A stretch of DNA of 63,707 bases, counting the filler, from Chiloscyllium plagiosum (Eukaryota): the NCBI RefSeq assembly GCF_004010195.1. It is 5 parts of one record of this genome, joined end to end, with 100 filler letters (N's around TTAATTAATTAA, not from the genome) between each part and the next. Parts side by side here need not be neighbours in the genome. Positions count along the whole stretch, not along the records: positions 25,798 to 52,504 come from NC_057710.1; positions 52,605 to 59,768 come from NC_057710.1; positions 59,869 to 63,707 come from NC_057710.1; 2 more parts are not named here. The stretch is one strand, 5' to 3'. The notes beneath the pieces were generated by a model. The model was not told the origin of the DNA. It ran no database searches and worked only from the letters and a program-made list of their open reading frames with translations. Below, piece after piece: positions 50,186-60,075 of this stretch (position 1 is the first letter of the stretch; each line of letters starts with the position of its first letter). The position numbers and the translations under genes are program-made.

Positions 50186-51745
50186 AGAACAAAGATAAGA
50201 ACAAAGGAAAGAACAAAGAACAGCCCAGGAACAGGCCCTTCAGCTCTCCAAGTCTGAGCCGATCCAAATGTACTGTCTAAACCTGTTGCCCAATTCCTAA
50301 GCACCTGTATCCCTCTGGTCTCCACCTACTCACGCATCTTCAATGAATCTACCACTTCTGCACAACGCGTTCCAAACACCCACCACCCTCTGTGTAAAGT
50401 ACTTGCCGCGTGTATCCCCCTTAAACGTTCCACCTAGTGTCTTGAAAGCGTGACCTCTCCTTTTTGAATCCTCCACCCTGGGAAAAAGCTTGTCTCTATC
50501 CATCCGGTCTATACCCTTCATGGTTTTGTAAACCTCAATCAGGTACCCCCTCAATCTCCTCTTTTCTAATGAAAATAAACCTAACCTACCCAACCTCTCT
50601 TCATAGCTAGCACCTTCCATACCAGGCAACATCCTTGTAAACCTTCTCTGCACCCTCTCCAAAGCGTCCACATCCTTTTGGTAATGTGGCGACCAGAACT
50701 GTACACAGTATTCTAAATGCGGCCGAATCAATGTCTTGTACAATTTTAACATAACTTTCCAGCTCTTATACTCAATACCCCATCCAGTGAGGGCAAGCAT
50801 ACTATATGCCTTCTTGACCACTCTATCCACCTGTGCAGCAAACTTCAGGGTACAATGGACCTGCACTCCCAGATCTCTCTGCTCATTAACTTTTCCCAAG
50901 GCTCTTCCGTTTATTGTATAATTTACTCGAGAATTAGTCTTGCCTAAATGCATCACCTCATATTTGCCTGGATTGAAATCCATCTGCCACTTTTCCGCCC
51001 AACTCTCCAGTCTATCTATATCCTCCTGTATTCTCTGACAGTCCCTTATGCTTTCTGCTACTCCACCAATCTTTGTGTCATCTGCAAACTTGCTGATCAT
51101 ACCAACAGTGCCCTCTTCCAGATCATTTATGTATATTACAAACATCAGTGGCTCCAACACTAACCCCTGTGGAACACCACTGGTCACCTTTCTCCATTTC
51201 GAGAAACTCCCTTCAACCACTACTCTCTGTCTCCTGTTGCTCAACCAGTTCTTTATCCACCTAGCTAGAACACCCTGCACACCATGTGACTTCACTTTCT
51301 CCATTAGTCTACCATGGGGAACCTTATCAAATGTCTTACTAAAGTCCATGTATATGACATCAACAGCTCTTCCTTCAACTTGTTCACTTCCTCGAAGAAC
51401 TCCATTAAGTTGGTAAGGCATAATCTACCCCGTACAAAACCATGTTGCCTATCACTGATAAGTCCATTCTTTTCTAAATATAAATAGATTCTATCCATCA
51501 GTACCCTCTCCAGCAACATTCCCACCACTGACGTCAGGCTCACTGGTCTGCAGTTACCTGGAATATCCCTACTATCCTTCTTGCACAGGGGAACAACATG
51601 AGCAACCCTCCAGTCCTCCGGCACCTCACCTGTGTTTAAGGATGCCACAAAGATATCTGTCAGGGCCCCTGCTATTTCCTCTCTCACTTCCCTCAGCAAC
51701 CTGGGATAGATCCCATCCGGTCCTGGGGATTTGTCCACCTTAATC
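50186..51745 (-). mobile_element. 5'-truncated CR1-like LINE, same family as 11312-15414, with a long RT ORF
   Basis: 363-aa ORF 50330-51421 with YMDFSKTFDKVPH, GVPQG, FADDTK and RPHLEYC. Confidence 0.92.
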
Positions 51746-51934
51746 TCTTCAAGGCAGAGATTGATAAATTCTTAATTTTGCAAGGAATTAAGGGATATGG
51801 GGAGAGTGCAGGTAAGTGCAGTTGAAATGCCCATCAGCCATGATTGAATGGCGGAGTGGACTCCATTGGCCAAATGGCCTTACTTCCACTCCTTCTCATG
51901 GTCTTATGATCTTATGTTCTTTTTTTCTAGCAAT

Positions 51935-52192
51935 GCTGAAATTTGAATTCAACAAAAATCTGGAATTAAGTGTCTAACAGTGACCTTTGCCGACTATCAA
52001 GAAAATCCCATCTAGTTCACAAAGTCCTTTAGGGAAGGAAACTGCCATCCTTATCTGGTCTGGCCGACACGTAACTCCAGACCCACAGCAATGTGGCTTA
52101 CTCTTGACTGCCCTCTGGATAATTAGGGATGGGCAAGAAATGGAGGCCTTGCCAGCAACCCAGATCATGCGAACAAATGAATAATAAAAAAA
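51935..52192 (+). mobile_element. Second SINE family, 3' part
   Basis: TCCTTTAGGGAAGGAAACTGCC...AATTAGGGATGGGCAA...GAATAATAAAAAAA. Confidence 0.7.
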
Positions 52193-52283
52193 TGTAAGGT
52201 TCTCCTTGGCTGTTAGTATTACCCGTCCTCTTGTCCTCCTTTTCTATTTCGTTCTGAACACCTTGTACCTGGGAATATTCAAT

Positions 52284-52504
52284 ACCAGATTTTGGATTAG
52301 TGGTGCTGGAAGAGCACAGCAGTTCAGGCAGCATCCAAGGAGCAGCGAAATCGACGTTTCGGGCAAAAGCCCTTCATCAGGAATAAAGGCAGTGAGCCTG
52401 AAGCGTGGAGAGATAAGCGAGAGGAGGGTGGGGGTGGGGAGAAAGTAGCATAGAGTACAATGGGTGAGTGGGGGAGGGGATGAAGGTGATAGGTCAGGGA
52501 GGAG
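52284..52504 (-). mobile_element. Penelope pLTR (family B) running into a gap
   Basis: Antisense match to 16570-16943. Confidence 0.85.
52353..52380 (-). ncRNA. Minimal hammerhead ribozyme motif
   Basis: Minus strand: CTGATGA A GGGC-TTTT-GCCC GAAA CG TC. Confidence 0.7.
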
Positions 52505-52604
52505 NNNNNNNNNNNNNNNNNNNNNNNNNNNNNNNNNNNNNNNNNNNNTTAATTAATTAANNNNNNNNNNNNNNNNNNNNNNNNNNNNNNNNNNNNNNNN
52601 NNNN

Positions 52605-52977
52605 TTGGAGAAAAGGAGGAGGAGAGGGGACCTAATTGAGGTATACAAGATAATGAGAGGCATAGATAGAGTCGATAGCCAGAGACTATTTCCCAGGGCA
52701 GAAATGACTAACACGAGGTGTCATAGTTTTAAACTGGTTGGAGGAAAGTATAGAGGGGATGTCAGAGGCAGGTTCTTTACACAGAGAGTTGTGAGAGCAT
52801 GGAATGCATTGCCAGCAGCAGTTGTGGAAGCAAGGTCATTGGGGACATTTCAGAGACTGTTGGACATGCATATGGTGACAGAAATTTGAGGGTGCATAAT
52901 GAGGATCAGTGGTCAGCTCAACATCGTGGGCTGAAGGGCCTGTTCTGTGCTGTACTGTTCAATGTTCTATGTTCTAT
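52605..52977 (+). mobile_element. CR1-like LINE 3' end
   Basis: RRRGDLIEVYKIMRG...FFTQRVVRAWNALP, with an ATGTTCTATGTTCTA tail. Confidence 0.88.
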
Positions 52978-53091
52978 ATTCACTGGATGTGAGGATTACT
53001 TCTAGATATAATAGATGTAAAATTAGGTCCAGTTGTGAATTTGAAATTGAACTTGTCTGGAAGAGAATATGTTACTCCCTATTGTTCCCCA

Positions 53092-53390
53092 TGGGGGACA
53101 TTGCAGTGTAGTGGTGAGTTCACTGGAATCATATCTCAAAGGCTCAATCTGATGCTCCAGGGATATGGGTTCGAATTGTAGCACAATACTTAATGGAATT
53201 TACATTCAATTAGTAAATCTGGAATTGAAAGGTAATCATAGTAATGGTGAGCATATCAACTATCATTAATTGCTATATAAACCTATCTGGTTCACTAATA
53301 TCTTTTATACAAGGAAATCAGCAATTTTCATATGATCTGACACAAATGTGAGTTTGGGCCCATAGCAATGTGGTTAACTCTTAACTTCAT
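53092..53390 (+). mobile_element. Second tRNA-type SINE family, 5' part
   Basis: CAGTGTAGTGGT A-box-like motif, GGTTCGAATT B-box-like motif, and shared body. Confidence 0.65.
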
Positions 53391-54332
53391 TTTGTTTGGG
53401 TTATCAGTTCTACAAGTACAACTTTGCTTCCAAACTTGTTCCCAACTCACCAAGCCAGATACTATTTTGGGCATTCTCATGTTGAAAGGGAATATATGCT
53501 GAGGAGCCCACTTGTGTGATTTGACACTAACATTGCAGTATTGAAGTTCTAAATTCTACATAATGCTCCCTGTTAAATTTGCTCAGCAGTAGGAACAGCC
53601 CTCCATTGGCATTGACAACAGTTTCCAGGTTCATCACTGATTGATTTCAATTAATTGTTGCTGTGTTTGTCAGAATGTTTAGCTGCTTCTTGAATCACTT
53701 CAAATTGATGATATCAATAGGGAGTGGTGTGGCATGTGTTGAAAGATTTTGTTTCGATTTTGAGGATTCTGCACAAATCACTTGCTTTGCAGACTTGGGT
53801 GCTAGAGTTTGAATTTGAATTTTTGATTCCTGAATTATTTTTGTCACATGTATTCAAAATAAAATAGTGACAAGTATCTATCATCACCATGCACAGACGC
53901 CATTCACATTAATAAAAAATAAATTTTAAAAAAAGATAACTTAAGCTTTCCCTTCTCCCCATCTAGGATTCCCAGGTCATGCCAAGCCACTGTCAGAGTC
54001 TTGCTCTGAGCTATACCAGCCCACACCATGCTGCTGCCAGAGGCCCACTCCACATAGAGACGTGAGTCCCACTCCAGGCTTCACAGGCCAGCCGACTCTG
54101 TAGCCATGCTGCCTCTGAAAATGTTGCCGCAGATCTGGAGCCCAGCGAAGCCACCTTCCTACAGAAGAGCTCTTTTTATCAGTAGGTTCAAGCAAAAATG
54201 AAATAAAAGTGGGAAAACAAGAAGGGGAAAAACGTAAAAGAAAAATTGGACGAAGAGGACAAGCCCAGGCACAGAAGCACTTTGGAATACAATATGCCAG
54301 AGAGAAGGAACTGAGGCACACAGAATGGGATC

Positions 54333-54795
54333 ACAAGACATAGGAGCAGAAATTAGGCCATTCACCCCATCAAGTCTGCTCTGCCATTCAATCATGGCTG
54401 ATAAGTTTTTCAGAGTCAAGAGTGTGGTGCTGGTAAAGCACAGCAAGTCAGGCACCACCTGAGGAGCAGGGGAATTGATGTTTTGGGCATTAGCCCTTTA
54501 TCAGGGTAAGTTTTTCAACCCTATTCTCCCCTTTCTCCCTGTAACTTTTGATCCCCTTGACAATCAAGAACCTATGTATCTCAATTTTAAATATACTCAA
54601 TGACCTGGCCTCCACAGCATTCTGTGGCACTGAATTCCATAGATTCACCACTCTCTGGCTGAAGAAGTTTCTCCTCATCTTCATTCTAAAGAGTCTTCCC
54701 TTTACTCCAAAGCTGTGCGCTCGGGTCCTAGTCTCTCCTGCTCATGGAAACATCTTCCCAACTTCCACTTTTTCGAGGCCATTCGGTATTCTGTA
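54333..54795 (-). mobile_element. Old LINE 3' end with a nested 94-bp Penelope insert (54413-54506)
   Basis: MRRNFFSQRVVNLWNSVP. An 11-bp TSD TAAGTTTTTCA lies at 54402-54412 and 54507-54517. Confidence 0.82.
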
Positions 54796-55409
54796 AGAAT
54801 AAGCTGCTGGAACTGGGGAAGAAAGGACATGAGGAGTATAGATAATCTTACAGCTTGATACTAGTATATTCTCTGACTTGAATCTCCATGAGGAATATTA
54901 GGTTGAATTTTCCAAGCTTTGTGGTGCAGATTTGAAGCTGGAGGTGCAGGAAAAATCAATAGTAGCATGGGAACAGCTCCCCAGCATATTCCTATCATCA
55001 GAGGAGGCATGGGATTAGGATTGGCTGACTGACCATACGATGAGCAGCTAATTAACAACCCTAAGGCCCCAATTATGGATGAATATGCTGCCTCACTGGA
55101 ATTTTGTCAATAGGAAAGGCACAAGCAGGGAACACGAAGTCATTGGAGGTGGTCCTACTGTGATAGGCTGAAGGCCAGCAGAGTCAGAGGCTTCATATCA
55201 TAATTACAATGACTCAGGCAGGAAAAGCTGCACCAAATAATTCCTCTGGAGAGATTTCCTCTTCACTCTGATGGGCATAATGGCTTTGAGGCTTATGATT
55301 TTTACATTAGTTCCACTTATCCAAAGGTGCCTTCTGGATGTTGACCTGCATCAGTCTTGTTGACTATTTGTGAGGGATTACTAGTGTCCTAGATCTGACT
55401 GTGGGAAGA

Positions 55410-55560
55410 AAGCAGACTTAACATTTTGAGTTTGGTGGCTCTTCATCAGAACTGATTAGTCACTGGACTCAAAACATGAACTCTGCTTTCTTCCAACAGA
55501 TGCTGCCAAACCTGTAGAGGTTCACTGGCAAATTCTGTTTTAGATGTCCAGCATCTGTCA
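55410..55560. mobile_element. Old bipartite inverted Penelope pLTR
   Basis: Antisense CAGTTCTGATGAAGAG...AAAATGTTAAG followed by sense GTCACTGGACTCAAAACATGAACTCTG...CCAGCATCTG. Confidence 0.55.
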
Positions 55561-55638
55561 TTCTATGTCTAATGTATCTTAGACTTGATCCTCACTAATT
55601 CAGCAGGCAAGACAGGGTGCCTACTCCAACATCTTATA

Positions 55639-56006
55639 TTTTAGTTCAAAAATGTAGTTTATTCATAAAAATATCTTTGTGTATATAGTCACAAAGGTAG
55701 TTCAGTTCTGTACAGTAGCATATCAAGGAAATAAGTGAACATTGGATTTTGACTCTATCCAAACAAACCAAAGGCATTTCTTACACACACAAGACTATAC
55801 TTACATACATTTGAGGCACTAGAAGGGTCTGATAACTAAACAGACCCCCATTTAACTTCAGCAGGCAGACCTGAGACAGGGGTCTTTCCTCACTGCATCT
55901 TTGTCGCAGCTGCCCCAAGCTTTAGTGCATCCCTCAGCACCTAATCCTGGACCTTAGAATATGCCAATCTGTAACACTCGGTCAGGTCAATTCCTTGTTC
56001 TAGAAG
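55639..56006 (-). mobile_element. L1/Tx1-like LINE 3' end
   Basis: The minus frame reads TECYRLAYSKVQD*VLRDALKLGAAATK, then a 3' UTR with AATAAA (TTTATT at about 55658) near the terminus. The clade assignment is from recollection. Confidence 0.6.
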
Positions 56007-59000
56007 AAGGAAGCATATGTCAGATATAGACAGATCAAGTGAATCCTGAGAACAGTATCAAGGCAGTGGGAGTATACTTATGAGGGAAATCAGGAGGGCA
56101 AAAAGAGAATATGAGATAGCTTTGGCAAATAGAGTTAAGGAGAATCCAAAGGGTTTTTACAAATACAGTAAGGACAAAAGGGTAACTAGGGAGAGAACAG
56201 AGCCCCTCAAAGATCATCAAGGTTGCCTTTGTGTGGTGCCACAGAAACTGGGGGAGATACTAAATGAGTATTTTGCATCAGTATTTACTGTGGAAAAGGA
56301 TATGGAAGAGAAAGAATGCAGGAAAATAGATAGTGACATCTTGAAAAATGTCCATATCACAAAGGAGGAAGTACTGGATGTCTTAAAATCCATAAGTGGA
56401 TAAATCCGCAGGACCTCAAAATGCTCAAAAATGGTCTGCGGAGAGCCAGGAGGGGGCACGAGAAAGGCTTAGCAGGAAGGATTAGGGAGAACACAAAGGC
56501 ATTTTACACGAATGTGAGGAATAAGAGAAAGATCAAAGAAAGAGTAGGGCCGATCAGGGATAGCATAGGGAACTTGTGTATAGAGTCTGGGTAGATAGGG
56601 GAAGGCCTACATGAGTTTTTTGCTTCTGTCTTTACTAAAGAAAAGGACCCTGTAGTGAATGAACCCATTGAGGAGCCGGTAAGCATGCTGGAACAGATAG
56701 AGATTGAGGAAGCTGATGTGTTGAAAATTTTGACAAACATTAAGATTGACAAGTCGCCAGAGCTAGACCAGATTTGTCCTCGGCTGCTTTGGGAAGCGAG
56801 AAATGTGATTGCTTCACCACTTGCGAAGATCTTTGCATCCTCGCTCTCCACCGGAGTCGTACCTGAGGACTGGAGGGAGGCAAATTGTAATTCCTCTCTT
56901 CAAGAAAGGAAATAGGGAAATTACAGACCAGTAAGTCTCACATCTGTCATCTGCAAGGTGTTAGAAAGGATTCTGAGGGATAGGATTTATGACCATCTGG
57001 AAGAGCATGGCTTGATTAAATGCAGTCAACATGGCTTTGTGAGGGGCAGATCATGCCTCACAAATCTTATTGAGTTCTTTGAGGATGTTACTAGACAAGT
57101 TGATGAGGTTCGAGCTATGGATGTGGTGTATATGGACTTCAGTAAAGCATTTGATAAGGTTCCCCATGGTAGGCTCATTCAGTCAGAAGGTCAGGAGGAA
57201 TGGGATACAGGGAAATTTAGCTGTCTGGATACAGAACTGGCTGGTCAACAGAAGATAGCGAGTGGTAGTAGAAGGAAAATATTCTGCCTGAAGTCAATGG
57301 TGAGTGGTGTTCCACAGGGCTCTGTCTTTGGGCCTCTACTCTTTGTAATTTTTACTAATGACTTGGATGAGGAAATTAAAGGATGGGTTAGCAGGTTTGC
57401 AGATGACACAAAGGTTGGAGGTGTCGTTGACAGTATAGAGGACTGTTGTAGGCTACAGCATGACACTGACAGGATGCAGAGATGGGCTGAGAGGTGGCAG
57501 ATGGAATTCAACCTGGATAAACTCGAGGTGATGCATTTTGGAAGGTCGAACTTGAAAGTTGAGTACAGGATTAAGCATAGGATTCTTGGCAGTGTGGAGG
57601 AACAGGGGATCTTGGTGTGCAGGTACATAGATCCTTTAAAATGGCCAAGTGGACAAGGTTGTTAAGAAAACATATGGTGTTTTGGCTTTCATTAACAGGG
57701 GGATTGAGTTTAAGAGCCATGAGATCTTGTTGCAGCTCGATAAAACTTTGGTTAGATCGCACTTGGAATACTGTGTCCAGTTCTGTGGAGGTTTACCAGG
57801 ATTCTGCCTGGAATGGAAGGCTTATCTAACGAAGAGAGGTTGACTGAGCTCGGACTTTTTTCATTGGAAAAAAGAAGGAAGAGAGGGGACCTAATTGAGA
57901 TGTACAAGATAATGAGAGGCATAGATAGAGTTGATAGCCAGATACTTTTTCCCAGGGCAGAAATTGTTAACATGAGGGGTCATAGTTTTAAGCTGTCTGG
58001 CGAAAAGTATAGAGGGGATGTCAGAGGTGGGTTCTTTACGCAGAGAGTTGTGAGAACATGGAATGCGTTGCCAGCAGCAGTTGTGGAAGTAAGTTCATTG
58101 GAGATATTTAATAGACTGCTAGTCACAGAAATTTGAGGGTTCATACATTAGGTTTCCCTTACATGAGGATCAATGGTCGGCACAACATTGTGGGCTGAAG
58201 GGCCTGTTTTGTGTTGCACTGTTCTATGTTCAATGTTCTATGACCTGATCGGGTGTACCCTAGAAATGTATGGGAAGCTAGGCAAGTGATTGCTGGGCCT
58301 CTTACTGAAATATTTGTATCATTGACAGTCACAGGTGAGGTGCTAGAAGACTGGAGGTTGGCTAACATGGTGCCACTGTTAAGAAAGGTGGTAAGGACAA
58401 GCCAGGGAACCATAGACCAGTGAGCCTGACATCGGTGGTGGGCAAGTTGTTGGAGGGAATCCTGAGGGACAGGATGTACATATATTTGGAAAGGCAAGGA
58501 CTAATTAGGGATAGTCAACATGGTCTTGTGCGTGGGAAATCATGTCTCACAAACTTAACTGAGTTTTGTGAAGAAGTAACAAAGAGGATTGATGAGGGCA
58601 GAGTGGTAGATGTGATCTATATGGGCTTCAGTAAGGCATTCGACAAGGTTCCCCATGAGACTGGTTAGCAATGCGAGATGTTAGGGATACAGGGAGAAGT
58701 AGACATTTGGAAACAGAACTGGCTCAAAGGAAGAAGACAGAGAGTGATGGTTAAGGTTTGCTTTTCACACTGGAGGCCTGTGACCAGTGGAGCGCCACAA
58801 GGATTGGTGCTGGGTCCACTACTTTTTGTTATTTATGCAAACAATTTGGATGCAAGCATAAGGGGTATAGTTAGTAAGTTTGCAGATGACATCAAAATTG
58901 GAGGTGTAGTGGACAGCAAAGAAGGTTACCTCAGATTACAACAGGATCTTGATCGGATGGGACAATGGACTGAGAAGTGGCAGATGGAGTTTAATTCAGA

Positions 59001-59063
59001 TAAATGCGAGGTGCTGCATTTTGGGACAGCAAATCTCAGCAGGATTTATACACTTAATGGTAA
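56007..59063 (+). mobile_element. CR1-like LINE (outer), interrupted by a second LINE and truncated by an LTR-like insertion
   Basis: KENPKGFYKY...LNEYFASVFT (56080-56403). It resumes at 58242 with PDRVYPR...GAPQGLVLGP...FADD and is cut at NGN|TGTTAG. Confidence 0.88.
56417..58241 (+). mobile_element. CR1-like LINE (inner), 5'-truncated
   Basis: QHGFVRGRSCLTNL...FADDTK with an ATGTTCAATGTTCTAT tail. A 5-bp TSD GACCT lies at 56412-56416 and 58242-58246. Confidence 0.88.
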
Positions 59064-59768
59064 TGTTAGTGCGGATGAAGTGATATCAGTCCGAGCCCAG
59101 AGTGCAGTTCAACAATCGGTAACGTTTATTGATACAGTAACACCGGCGGAGACCAACCGAGGTCCGAATCTCGGCTGTTCTGCTGTTCCCGTGCGCTGTT
59201 ACACATTATATACCTTTCTTTGTCAGGATGTGAGGATTTTGAGTTTGAATGGGATGATAGTTCCCCATTATCGCAGAGTAGGTGCAAATGGTGGATTTCC
59301 TGCCGTCCCAGGAGAGTTGCAGTGTACACACAATAGGGTGCTAATTGAATTATGTAAACGGGGTCCGGGTACTATTTGCTTGTCTCTCTCTGTGAGGGCA
59401 GGGGCTAGCACCCCCCTTTGTTCCCTTGGGGTGCTGGTGTGTATTAGTCTGTTCGTTCCTGTCTGGTGGATGCCTGTCCTTTGTGTCAGGATGGTTCCGT
59501 ATTGATGAATATGGGTGTGTTTCAGTCAGTCTCTTGATTTGATTAGGAGATGGGTTTCCATATTAATTAGCTCCGGAGTTTCGGTCTATGAGCCATGGTT
59601 AGTGTCTGGCCTAGTGTGAATGTGATCTATCCTCTGGCTCCCATCTCCCGGTCACGTGGGCGGACCGGCAGCTGCTGAGTTCTGTGGGTTTAAGCTGCGG
59701 CTGCCGTTTAAAACACAAAATGAATTCCTATAGTTTTACCGATGTAGGCATAGTCCTGTGGCAAATGC
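59064..59768 (-). mobile_element. CpG-rich LTR-like insertion (ERV or LTR retrotransposon), truncated by a gap
   Basis: On the minus strand: TATATAA (59212-59206), AATAAA (59130-59125) and terminal ...ACTAACA at 59064. There is an abrupt junction with the LINE ORF. Confidence 0.6.
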
Positions 59769-59868
59769 NNNNNNNNNNNNNNNNNNNNNNNNNNNNNNNN
59801 NNNNNNNNNNNNTTAATTAATTAANNNNNNNNNNNNNNNNNNNNNNNNNNNNNNNNNNNNNNNNNNNN

Positions 59869-60075
59869 GCATGTCAGCAGAATGCAGGTGAGTGGCGCTG
59901 GTGGGGGCGGAAGTAGTGGTGACCACGGCAGTAGGGGTGGCGGAAGTCACTGAGCATGTGGCATCAGCGATGATGTGAAGGGCGGAAGTGATGTCACGTG
60001 ATGCATGAGGAATTGTGAGGGGTGGAAGTGGTTGTGGGAGCGGCCATGATGGGGGTGGAAGTGACATCATCAATT
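59869..60075 (-). repeat. Low-complexity GGCGGAAGTG-rich segment, possibly Penelope ORF linker
   Basis: Five GGAAGT units. The minus frame is Thr/Ser/Ala/Pro-rich (VTSATPTAVVTTTSAPTSAT). Confidence 0.4.

Larger units (their letters stand above)
49041..51915 (+). mobile_element. Older CR1-like LINE split by inserts at 49946 and 50186
   Basis: RT remnants at 49041-49945. The host resumes at 50148-50185 and 51746-51915 (GTCTT...CAAGGCAGAG). Confidence 0.75.

Noticed and set aside
58678..59505. 275-aa ORF that looks like an RT fused to a novel C-terminus
   Set aside because: It is read-through from the LINE RT into the antisense strand of the LTR-like insertion at 59064.
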